Shown here in pieces: positions 24,567-36,048 of a stretch of DNA of 64,000 nt (within the stretch, counting starts at the first letter, position 1; the number at the start of each line of letters is the position of its first letter). The notes beneath the pieces are model-generated. The model saw only the letters and a list, made by a program, of their open reading frames with translations, had not been told where the DNA came from and did not search any database. This DNA is from Mobula hypostoma (Eukaryota). The stretch spans positions 117,492,001-117,556,000 of the forward strand of contig NC_086108.1 in the NCBI RefSeq assembly GCF_963921235.1. Reading direction: 5' to 3'. The translations under genes were made by a program, and so were the position numbers.

Positions 24567-25160
24567 CCCTGTTGTCAGGGTTGGGGAGAGTGCAGGAGAG
24601 ATGATAGAGAACTGTCTACCCCTTTCTCCTCTGCCGCGTGGACACTGTACTGGGTGGAGATTTCTGGAAAGAGAGTTCCCTGTTTTCAGGGTTGGGAAGA
24701 GTGCAGGAGAGATGATAGAGAACTGTCTACCCCTCTCTCCTCTGCCGCATGGACACTGTACTGGGGGGAGATTTCTGGAAAGAGAGCTCCCTGTTTTCAG
24801 GGTTGGGAAGAGTGCAGGAGAGATGATAGAGAACTGTCTACCCCTCTCCCCTCTGCCGCATGGACACTGTACTGGGGGGAGATTTCTGGAAAGAGAGCTC
24901 CCTGTTTTCAGGGTTGGGGAGAGTGCAGGAGAGATAATAGAGAACTGTCTACCCCTCTCCCCTCTGCAGCATGGACACTGTACTGGGGGGAGATTTCTGG
25001 AAAGAGAGCTCCCTGTTTTCAGGGTTGGGAAGAGTGCAGGAGAGATGATAGAGAACTGTCTACCTCTCTCTCCTCTGCCGCATGGACACTGTACTGGGGG
25101 GAGATTTCTGGAAAGAGAGCTCCCTGTTTTCAGGGTTGGGAAGAGTGCAGGAGGGACGAT
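24567..25160. repeat. 111-bp minisatellite, 5.3 highly similar copies
   Basis: Unit ccctgttttcagggttgggaagagtgcaggagagatgatagagaac...gatttctggaaagagagct, starting at 24567, 24678, 24789, 24900, 25011 and 25122. Confidence 0.97.
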
Positions 25161-25205
25161 GAAGAGCTATGCCACCTCACCAACCATTCCCTCTCTACAT
25201 TGCAG

Positions 25206-25317
25206 AATGGACGAAGACGGTACAATGACCGTTGACTGGAATGAATGGCGTGACCATTTCCTGTTCAATCCAGCAGCCAATATTGAAGAAATCATCCGTT
25301 TCTGGAAGCATTCAACG
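25206..25317 (+). CDS. SLC25A24: SLC25A24-like exon 4 (EF-hand 4)
   Basis: ttgcAG acceptor; (S)[37 protein letters not shown]; donor GTGAGC; 112 nt. The [24 protein letters not shown] motif is SLC25A24-type. Confidence 0.95.
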
Positions 25318-25509
25318 GTGAGCGGAGAGGGGTTTTACTCTACATGACTACAGTAGCCTGACTCCAGCTCCCTGGGTCAGAAGCTTCTTCTACTTTTCTC
25401 AGTATTGATTCAGAATTGGGTTTATTATCTCTAACATATGACCCAAATCTGTTGTTTTATTGTAGTTGTACAATGCAAAGACATAAAATTGTTGTAAATT
25501 ACAAACATA

Positions 25510-26680
25510 AGTACATTTTTGAGGAAATTACTAGGAAAGTGGATGAAGGCAAGGCAGTGGATGTTGTCTACATGGACTTTAGCAAGGCATTTGACAAAGT
25601 AGGTTGGTCAAGAAGGTTCAGTTGTTCGACATTCAAATGAGGAAGTAAATTGGATTCGACATTGACATTGTGGGAGATGCCAGATAGTGGTAGTAGATGG
25701 TTGCCTCTCTGACTGGAGGCCTGTGACCAGTGGTGTGCTGCAGGGATTGCTACTGGGTTCTTTGTTGTTTGTCACCTATATTAATAATCCAGATGATTAT
25801 GTGGTTAACTGGATCAGCAAATTTGCCAATGACACCAAGGTTGGTGGTGTAGTAGACAGTAGGGAAGACTATTCTGGCTTGTAGAGGAATCTGCACCAGA
25901 TGGAAATATAAGCTCCAAAATGGCAGATGGGATTTAATGCAGACAAGTGCGAGGTTTTGCACTTTGGTTGGACCAGTCAGGGTAGGTCTTCCACAATGAA
26001 CGGTAGGGCACAGAGAAGTGTGGTAGAACAAAGGGAATTCAGGTCCATAATTCATTGAAAGAAGCATCATAGGTAGATCTACCTACAGGAAAGATGTAAA
26101 TAAAGTTGAAAGAGTACAGAGAAAGTTTATGAGGATATTGTCAGGTCTGGAGGACCTGAGTTATAAGGAAAGATTGAATAAGTTAGGACTCGGAATAAGT
26201 TAGAGCTCAAAAAAACCGACGCAACAGACTTTTAATACATAAATCAGCGAGTTGTTTGTCATGTCCTCCCTCTTGCTGTGAAACAGAGACACCTCTTTTC
26301 CCCTTATTAGGGAAAGAGAGAGCCTGTGGTATGTCGAATTACCAGGTGAGAGAGTAATCTTTGGGGTGCTGTAAGTCTGTGTCTTTATTGATGCTTTGCT
26401 GCTGCTTGAGCGCTCAGAGGGCGCTGATGCTTTTTTTTCCTGGTGGGGAGGGGGGATTGTTGCTTTGCTGCTGCTTGTGCATGGGAGGGGGGAGTTAGTG
26501 GGGTCTTAGGGGTTCTAACATTTAACTATCATTCGTTCTTTGGGGCACTCCTATTTTTGTGGATGTTTGCAAAGAAAAAGAATTTCAGGATGTATGTTGT
26601 ATACATTTTTCTGACATTAAATGTATTTTTGAAACCTTTGAATGTAAAAGTTAGGAACGTAGAAAATTGAGGGGAGATTT
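25510..26680 (+). mobile_element. CR1 fragment (resumes at ~30095-30385) containing an unclassified repeat at ~26191-26640
   Basis: VVYMDFSKAFDK, SKFANDTKVGG; the CR1 text breaks at 26190, resumes at ~26640, and resumes again after the large minus-strand CR1. Confidence 0.75.
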
Positions 26681-29600
26681 ACATAAGAACATAAGAAATA
26701 GGAGCAGGAGTTGGCCATCCGGCCCATCGAGCCTGCCCCACCATTCAATAAGATCATGGCTGATCTGCCGTAAACTCAGCTCCATCTACCTGCCCTTTCC
26801 CAATAACCCTTAGTTCCCTTACTATGTAAAAATCTATCGAACTGTATCTCAAATATATTTAGTGAAGAAGCCTCAACTGCTTCCCTGGGCAGGGAATTCC
26901 ACAGATTCACCACTCTCTGGGAAAAACAGTTTCCTCTCATCTCCGTCCTAAATCTTCTTCCCCTAATCTTGGGGTAATGTCTCCTAGTTCTAGTCTCACC
27001 TACCAACGGAAACAACTTTCCTACTTATTTTGTATGTTTCTGTAAGATCCCCTCTCGTTCTTCTGAACTCCAGAGGGTATAGTCCCAGGCGACTCAATCT
27101 TTCCTCATAGGTTAACCCCTTCATCCCTGGAATCAACCTGGTGAACCTCCTCTGCGCTGCCTCCGAAGCCAGTATATCCCTCCTCAAGTACGGAGACCAG
27201 AACTGCACACAGTCCTCCAGGTGCGGCCTCACCAGTACCCTGTATAGTTGCAGCATGACCTCCCTGCTCTTGAATTTAATCCCTTTAGCAATGAAGGCCA
27301 ACATTCAGTTTGCCTTCTTAATAACCTGTTATACCTGTAACCCAACTTTTTGCGATTCATGCACAAGCACTCCTCAGTCCCTCTGCACAACAGCATGCTG
27401 CAACCTTTCACCATTTAAATAATAATCTGTCCTTCTAATATCCTTCCAAAGTGGATGATCTCGAATTTAGCAACATTGTATTCCATCTGCCAGACCTTGG
27501 CCCACTCACTTAACCTATCTATATCCCTCTGCAGACTCTCCACATCCTCTGTACAATTTGCTTTTCCACTCAGTTTAGTGTCATCAGCAATTTTTGCTAT
27601 GCTATACTCAGTCCCCTCTTTAAAATCATCAATATAAATAGTAAACAGCTGCGGGCCCAGCACCGACCCCTGCGGCACCCCACTCACCACAGACTGCCAA
27701 CTGGAGAAGCGCCCATTTATACCAACTCTCTGCCTTCTATCGGTTAACCAATCCACTATCCATGCCAATACACTTCCTCTAACTCCATGCATCCAAATCT
27801 TATTTATAAGTCTCTTATGCGGTTATAAGTCTCTTATGTGGAACCTTATCAAACGCCTTCTGGAAATCCAAGTATATGACATCCAACAGGAATTCTGCAG
27901 ATGCTGGAAATTCAAGCAATACACATCAATGTTGCTGGTGAACGCAGCAGGCCAGGCAGCATCTCTAGGAAGAGGTGCAGTCGACGTTTCAGGCCGAGAC
28001 CCTTTGTCAGGACTAACTGAAGGAAGAGTTTGTAAGAGATTTGAAGGTGGGAGGGGGAGGGGGAGATCCAAAATGATAGGAGAAGACGGGAGGGGGAGGG
28101 ATGGAGCCAAGATTATATGACATCCACCTGTTCTCCTCTATCCACTGCACTCATGTCCTCAAAGAACTCCAGTAAGTTTGTCAAACAGGACCTGCCCTTT
28201 CTGAATCCATGCTGCGTCTGTCTAATGGAACCACTCCTTTCTAAGTGTTTCGCTATTTCTTCCTTAATGACAGCTTCAAGCATTTTCCTGACTACGGATG
28301 TTAAGCTAACTGGCCTATAGTTGCCCGGCTTTTGCCTACATCCTTTTGTAAAAAGTGGTGTTGCATTTGCTGTCTTCCAATCTGCCGGGACCTGCCCAGA
28401 GTCTAGAGAGTTTTGACAAATAATTACCAATGCGTCTACTATAACTTCCGCCAATTCCTTCAGCACCCTGGGATGCATCCCATCGGGACCAGGGGACTTC
28501 TTCAGACTCTCTAGTTTGCTCATCACTATCTCTTTAGTGACAGTGATTTTATCGAGGTCCTCACCTCCCATTTCTTCCATAACATCCTTCTTTGGCATAT
28601 TAGATGAGTCCTCCACTGTGAAGACCGACACAAAATAGTCATTCAATGATATATTTATAAAAACTTTTGCTATCTGTTTTTATATTTAGTGATAATTTAC
28701 TTTTATACTCTATCTTCCCTTTCCTTATTTCTTGTTTAGTTGTTCTCTGTTGCTTTTTAAAGTTTTCCCAGTCCTCCAGTCTCCCACTACTCTTTGTGAC
28801 TTTGTACACATGAGCTTTTAATTTGATACTACCTTTTATTTCCTTAGTTATTCAAGGCTGGATCTCCCCACACTTACTGTCCTTTCTTTTGACTGGAATA
28901 TACTTCTATTGAGCACTGTGAAAAATCTCTTTGAAAGTATTCCACTGTTCCTCAACTGTCCTACCAAATAGCCTGTGCTTCCAATCCACATTAGCTAACT
29001 CCTCCCTCATCCTGTTGTAGTCTCCCTTGTTCAGGCGTAATACACACTAATTTTAGATCTAACTATTTCATCCTCCATCTGAATGCGAAATTCAGTCGTA
29101 CTATGATCACAGTGTATACATATCTTGCAAACCCTTCAGTAAGTTGCATAGACACCTGAAGAGCAGGCTATCTGTTGGATGGAAGCGACCAACAACTCTG
29201 ATAGAGGCAGATGCCAAGTTTTTAAGCTCATCAGTGGGAGGTGGTGCTTTAGCACTGCTGGGCCACCACTTCCAGGGAGTCTTGATCATAAGCAGGCCGA
29301 AACTCCTGAAGGCAGGTGGCAGATCAACTGATGATCCCACTGGTGATAGCACAGGACAGTTAACATCTTAGTCCACATGTATTTTTAACTCTTTCCAAGC
29401 GGATCGCTGACTACAAGATCGTTAATCTTACCTGTCTCATTGCATAGTACTAGATCCAAGATAGTATCTTGCCTTGTAGGTTCACTAACATGCTGCTCAA
29501 GAAAGCCATCACGGATGCATTCTATGAAGTCCTCCTCAAGACTTCCTTGACCGACCTGATTCACCCAATCTATGTGGAAGTTAAAATCCCCCATAACAAC

Positions 29601-30090
29601 TGCCGTTTTGTTCTTACAAGCCTCAGTCATTTCATGGTTAATTGCCTCTGCACTACTTTTATTAGGTGGCCTGTAGACAACACCCACCAGTGATTTTTTT
29701 CCATTTACTATTATTAATATCTACCCAGATGGACTCAACATTCTGCTCCATAGATCTGATATCGTCTCTCACAATCGCTCTGATCTCATACCTATTCAAG
29801 AGCGCCACCCCCCCTCCTCTGCCTTCCTGCCTATCTTTCCGTATTACCTGATTGCCTTGGATATTTAATTTCCAGTCATTCCCACCTTGCAACCAGGTTT
29901 CTGTAATGGCCACTAAATCATATGCCTTGGTACTGATCTGTGCCGCAAGTTCACTAACCTTGTTTCTAATACTACAGGCATTTAGATAAAGTGCCCTTAT
30001 ACTCACTGTCCTTTTAGAATCTAATGACCTATGCGATTTTTGCTTTTTACTTTTATGCACTCAACTCTTACATTTTTCTTCAATAACTCT
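26681..30090 (-). mobile_element. Near full-length but degraded CR1 ORF2
   Basis: [44 protein letters not shown], tail acataagaacataagaaatagg; frameshifts and two insertions. Confidence 0.9.
27886..28113 (-). mobile_element. Penelope-like 3' module with hammerhead-like motif
   Basis: 13-bp TSD tatatgacatcca (27873-85 / 28114-26); reverse complement contains TAGTC-CTGACAA-AGGGTCTCGGCCT-GAAAC-GTC-GACTG. Confidence 0.85.
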
Positions 30091-31539
30091 AGCTTTGATA
30101 GAGGTATACAAAATTATGAGGAGTATAGATAGGGTAAATGCAAAGCAGGGTTTTTCCACTAAGGTGAAAAGTTTAAGGGGAACATGAGGGGAAACTACTT
30201 CTTATAGAAGGTCATGAGAGTGTGGAATGAGCTGCCAGCGCAAGTGGACAATGGTTGAATGCTTAAGTTCATGGATGGTAGGAATATGGAGGGCTCTGGT
30301 CCCAGTACAGGTCGATGGGGGTAGGCCGCTTAATTGGTTTTGAAATGGATGAGATGGCCCAAAGGTCCTGTTTCTGTGCTGTATTTTTTTTACCGTTCCC
30401 ATGGTCTGCTCTTTATCAAATTATGGTATTGCTTTGCACTGCTGTAACTATATGTTATAATGTTACTTTGTTACTTTGTCTTATGGTCTTATGGTCTTAT
30501 AATTATGTGGTCTTGTCAGTGTTAGTCTTTGGTTTGTTGTTTTTTTATGATCATCCTATCATTTCTTAATGCATGCATGGATTTCTAAATGACAATAAAC
30601 AAGGACTGAGTGTCCTCATAATCTAATAATCTAATAATGACTATGATTCTAAATAGTACAAAAGAGGAATAGTGAGCTATTAGTGTTCATGGGATTTTGG
30701 ACCGTTTAGAAACCAGTGGCAGAGGGGAGGCAGCTTTTTTATTTAATTATGTGGTGTGTGTCTTCGGGCTCCCATAACTCCTCCCTGATGAGAAGAGGAC
30801 ATAAGACCATAAGAGACAACCTTAACGATGGATGCTGGTTTCTTGAGGCACCAGCTCTTGAAGAGTTCTCAGTGATAGGGAAGCTCCTGCCTGTCATGAA
30901 CCTGACTGATTCTGCGGCCTCTTGCAATTAGACGGTAAGATATTGGAGCAGAATTTCTGAAGCATCCTTTCTGAAAAACTATTTTCTGAAACATTTATAG
31001 CTTGTCACTCTAAGTAACCGTTCCTGCCTACTTCTTAAATTGCAGGGTGAATTTGATCATTTCACCCTTAGGACTCTCTTAGCTTAAACTCTCTAATCAA
31101 TTCTGGTTCATTGTACAATGCCCAATCCAGAATAGCTGATCCCCTCGTGGGCTCAACCACGAGTTTCTCTAAAAAGCCAATTCATAGACACTCTAGAAAG
31201 TACCCCGCTTCGCACTAACCTGCTTTTCCCAATCTACCTGCATATTGAAATGCCCCATGACTATTGTAACATTAGGGTCTTGAGGTGCGGCTTGGCGAGT
31301 GGCAGATGCTTCGCAGAGGTCATCAGGTGCCCCCCCCCCCATCCCTTAGATGTTCCATCAATTTAAGCCCACAACATCTCTGGAGGGCTCAACAGTGCGA
31401 TCCAGCATGCCAGGTGCACCTCCTTCATATCTGGCCACCCATGGGTCATTTTAGGGACCAGCTGGTTTCGAGAGGGGGTATTGTGGGCCGAAGGGACTGT
31501 ACTGTGCTGTACTATTCTACCTTCTATATTCTATGTTCC

Positions 31540-33830
31540 CCATAAGTCTTTCCAGCTGAATTCTCTCTTCTCCATGTTTTCCCACCTTGTCCACTGTCTC
31601 TGTTTTGCCTGAGACACTGCTCTTACATACTACATTTGCTCCTCCTGTCGCTGTACTTCCTCCACCACTATAGCTCGCCTATACTTTTGTGCTGTGACCT
31701 TTTTCCTATATGAGCCTATCTGAACCTTTGCAAAGACCTCCTCTTCCAGATTGCACCTGGCCCACCATGTCTGCAAACCTGAGAGCTGCTTTTGCCTGTT
31801 TTACTGACTCTGCTGGACGCCACTTTCTCCCTGTTAAGGTCCTGGGTGCAATGTCCTGGACAGCGCTGTCAGGAGATTCTGAGAGAGTCGGCTCAAGCCT
31901 CACCTTGGCACACTTGAACTCTTCAGTCAGCCTGTGACAGGCAACTGTAGAACTCCCTTGTCATGCAGGTAGATGTTACTTAGCGATTTTGGTAGGCCCA
32001 CCCACTTAATGAAGAAACTAATATCCTCTCCAGCTTTTCAACATGAGCGATGGGGACTTCATACAGAGTCAGTGGCCACAACACTCAAGGGAGCAATCCA
32101 AACTGAAGGCACCAGAGCTCGAGGGTTTCTGCCAGCAAGGTCTTATCGATAGCTTTAAGCCCTTTGAAGATTTCTTCTCAACAGTTTTACTTCATTTGTA
32201 TCACAGAGTTTTACCACTGGGGTTCCACTGGGGTCGGTGTTGGGACCACTGCTTTTTACGATGTATGTCAATGATTTGGACTACGGTATCAATGGATTTG
32301 TGGCTAAATTTGCCGATGATACAAAGATAGGTGGAGGAGTGGGTAATGTTGAGGAAACAGAGAGCCTGCAAAGAGACTTAGATAGTTTAGGGAAATGGGC
32401 AAAGAAGTGGCAAACGAAATACAATATTGGAAAGTGTATGGTCATGCACTTTAGTGGTACAAACAATTGGGCAGACTATTATTTAGATGGGGAGAAAATT
32501 CAAAATGCAGAGATGCAAAGGGACTTGGGAGTCCTTGTGCAAGATACCGAAAAGGTTAACCCTCCAGGTTGAGCCGGTTGTGAAAAAGGCGAATGCAATG
32601 TTGGCATTCATTTCTAGAGGTATAGAATATAAGAGCAGGAATGTGATATTGAGGTTCTATAAGGCACTTGTGAGACCACACTTGGAGTGTTGTGTGCAGT
32701 TTTAGGCTCCTTATTTTAGAAGGGATATACTGACATTGGAGAGGGTTCAGAGAAGATTCACGAGAATGATTCTGGGAATGACAGGCTTACCGTATGGGGA
32801 ACATCTGGCAGTTCTTGGGCTGTATTCCCTGGAGCTCAGGAGAATTAGGGGGGATCTCTTAGAAACATTCCGAATGTTAAAAGGCCTGAACAGATTAGAT
32901 ATGGCAAAGTTATTTCCCATGGTAGGGGATTCTAGGATAAGAGGGCACAACTTCAGCACTGAAGGATGTCCATTTAGAACTGAGATGGGGAGAAACTACT
33001 TTAGTCAGAGGATGGTAAATCTGTGGAATTTGTTGCCATGAGGCTGTGGAGGCCAAGTCATTGGGTGTGTTTAAGGCAGAGATAGACAGGTTCTTGATTA
33101 GCCAGGGCATCAAAGGGTATGGGGAGAAGGCAGGGGAGTGGGGATGACTGGAAGAATTGGATCAGCACATGATTGAATGGCAGAGCAGACTCGATGCGCT
33201 GAATGGCCTACTTCTGCTCCTATATCTTATGGCCTTATGGTGTTGTTAGGGTTTACATCATACCAACACCTGAAGCTTTTAAGTGGCATTTTTGACACAG
33301 TAGGATTACTTTCCCATCCACATGGAACTTGTAGTTGACCGGCCTTCTCTTGACTGTAGAAACGCTCCTGGACTTCTTTGTGTTAATCATCATTTGTGTC
33401 CATTTCGTGTTTGAATGTAGCTTCTCAAGTAACTGTTGGTATATGGGATGATAGTTGTCAGGTTGGTTAAGTCATCCATAAGTGCCTGGATTGGTGGTAG
33501 GCGTAGTCCTGACTTCAGTTGTTCTCCTCCTACAACCCACTTAGAAGCTGTAATGACTACTTCCATTGCCACGGTGAAGGCCAGCGAAGAGATGGTGCAA
33601 CCTGCAATTATGCCTATTTCCACAGGATGCCAGGCTGTGTTGAATTCTGCAGTGATCAATGAGAACTGGAGATCTCAAAAGCACGCTTTGACCAGCGCTG
33701 TAACACAATCTGGTACACGGAAGAATTCAAATGAAGTCCACAGGAGGTTATGTGAGACCGAGCCAAAGGCATTGGCTGGGTCCAAGAACAAGATGTGGAG
33801 CTTTCTTCTTTCCCTTTTAGCAATTGTATT
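31540..33830 (-). mobile_element. Hero-like (restriction-like-endonuclease clade) non-LTR RT fragment, split by a CR1
   Basis: GIIAGCTISSLAFTVAMEVVITASKWVVGGEQLKSGLRLPPIQALMDDLT and TGRKWRP..ADMVGQVQSGRGGL; clade assignment from recalled motifs only. Confidence 0.7.
32216..33243 (+). mobile_element. 5'-truncated CR1
   Basis: LGPLLFTMYVNDLD..KFADDTKIGG through the tail gcctacttctgctcctatatcttatgg. Confidence 0.9.
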
Positions 33831-33864
33831 TAAGATAAGCACACACAGATTTCACCTTCAACTG

Positions 33865-34155
33865 AAGTTTAAGAATCAGGGGTAGGCCATTTAGCACAGA
33901 GTTGAAGAAAAACTTTTTCTCCCAGAGAGTTGTGGATCTGTGGAATGCTCTGCCTCAGAAGGCTGTGGAGGCCAATTCTCTGGATGCTTTCAAGAAAGAG
34001 TTAGATAGAGCTCTTAATGATAGCAGAGTCAAGGGATATGGGGAGAAGGCAGGAACGGGGTACTGATTGTGGATGATCAGCCATGATCACAGTGAATGGC
34101 GATGCTGGCTCGAAGGGCTGAGTGGCCTACTCCTGCACCTATTGTCTGTTGTCTG
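33865..34155 (+). mobile_element. CR1 3' end
   Basis: Nearly identical to 62430-62707. Confidence 0.85.
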
Positions 34156-34159
34156 TTGA

Positions 34160-36048
34160 AACAAGAGGATCTCTATCCTTGCACTTGATGCTTATTAAAC
34201 AAGAAAAAGCTTTCTCACGCAAACAAGAAGTTGAAAACTGCAGCAAAATGTTTATTGCTGCCCAATGAATGGCAGGATACTTACTCTTCTTTCACAGAAA
34301 TCCAGAATATCCAGGGGCATGTCACTAAATCTCATCTTGAGTTCATGATCAGACTGCATCTCACAAAGTTCTTCCTCTTCTCTCAAAGTCAAGTTCTTAG
34401 GCTGGGAACTCACCCAATCAATACACTTGTTTTGAAAAGGAGGAAAAGTACACTTTAATTTTGTTCTTCAGTTCTTCCAGGTGGTTTTCAATAAATTCGA
34501 GACTTTCTAACTCTCAAGCCCAAGCGGCAGTGGAAGCATTTCAAGATTTCCTTTTGCAACATGATTTTTCCAAAGATTCAGTTTCTTTTTAAATCCAATA
34601 ATTTTGTTACTTGAAGTTAAAACATTTTCTCCAGGGCCTTGCAGAGACTTATTCAACTGCTTCATATGATGAAAAATGTCTGCTAAGTTGGTTAGTTTCT
34701 GCAGCCATTCTTCGTCTTCAAAGTACTCAGCAAAATCTGGCCTGTTATTTTCTTGGAAGTATTCTTGTAGTTCAACTTACTGCTCAACCACCCTGTTGAG
34801 AACTCTTTCTCTGCTAAACCCCAGATTTCTGTTTGTAGCAGAAGACTTGTGTGCTCTTTGTCCAGGTTTTCACAAGTTTTTTTTTATAATCATCTCGAAT
34901 GAACTGGTCTTTGCTTAAGAAAGTTAACCATTTTTGTAGCATTATCTGGAACTTTTTTCATTTCATCTCTAAGAGTTTTTGACATCAACACCTCTCTTTG
35001 AAGAAAGCAGTGTGTTGTGACAATATCAGGATACTTTACAAAAGAAACAAAACCTTTGAGCAGTGTGTTCAAAGATTCAAAGATTCAAAAAACTTTATTG
35101 TCATTCTATCCATACATCAGCTCTGCAGGGCAGAATGAGACAGCGTTTTCCAGGAGCAGTGCAATCATAACATAACAAATGCAACACTAAATAATAAACA
35201 TAACAATAAATAGTAAAACACAACAGCCACATGTCAGTTAAAATCAAGTTATAATTGTCCAGTGCAAGTTAAAAGTGTCCAAAGCAGAGTCAGGTAGAGC
35301 ACCTATTTAGCAGTCTGACTGCCTGTGGGAGGAAGCTGTTTAGTAGTCTTGTGGTTTTAGTTTTGATGCTCCTGTAACGTTTGCCCGAGAGTGTGAGGGG
35401 TCTTTAATGATGTACCGTGTCTTCTGGAGGCATCGACTCTGAAAGAGGTCTTGGGCAGAAGGTAGGGAGACCCCAATAACCTTCTCTGCTCCCCTAACCA
35501 CCCTCTGCAAGGCTTTTTTGTCGACAGCACTGCAGCTGGAGTACCAGGTTGTGATGCGAAAGGTCAGCACACTCTCAACCACGCCTCTGTAGAATGTAGT
35601 TAAGATGTTAGTGGGGAGTGATGCTTGTTTAAGCTTCCTCAGAAAGTGCAATCTCTGCTGGGCCCATTTCACAATCCCAGTGGTGTTCCTGGACCAGGTG
35701 AGATTGTCCGAGATCTGCACCCCAAGGAACTTGATGTTTTCCACTCTCTCCACTGTGGAGCCGCTGATGCTGAGGGGTGTGTGCTCAGGCTGAGACCGTC
35801 TGAAATCGATGATGTTGTGACAATATCAGGTTTTTTACAAAAGAAACAAAACCTTTCCTGGAGCCAACCATTGATGGGGCACCAGCAGTACAGAGGCAAC
35901 ACAGTTCCTCCAAGACAGACCATGAAGACAAAACATCAGATATATCTTGGCCTTTGCTTGTTTCGGGCAGCTCTTTGTAACAGAAAAAGAATTCTTGAAT
36001 TTCACTATCTTTTAAAAATCGTACAAATGCTACAACATGACATTCATT
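34160..36048 (-). mobile_element. hAT Buster/Charlie (ZBED8/FAM200-like) transposase remnant, interrupted by a Rex1-like LINE
   Basis: PDIVTTHCFLQREVLMSKTL..ATKMVNFLKQRPVHSR and EEWLQKL..LADIFHHM; many stops. Confidence 0.78.
35070..35812 (-). mobile_element. Rex1/Babar-like LINE 3' part
   Basis: ERVENIKFLGVQISDNLTWS..AQQRLHFLRKLK..TFYRGVVESVLT; AATAAA and a (TTTGAATC)n-type tail. Confidence 0.88.

Noticed and set aside
24567..25160. CRISPR-like array
   Set aside because: The units are contiguous with no unique spacers, and the sequence is eukaryotic intron.
24516..25235. 239-aa repetitive ORF ([13 protein letters not shown]...)
   Set aside because: Alternative frame of the 111-bp minisatellite; out of frame with exon 4 and with no recognisable domain.
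35013..35856. Apparent 45-bp TSD around the Rex1-like insertion
   Set aside because: gcagtgtgtt recurs at 35060 just before the LINE tail. This is a pre-existing ~53-bp tandem duplication with the LINE inserted into the second copy; the real TSD is at most tgtt.
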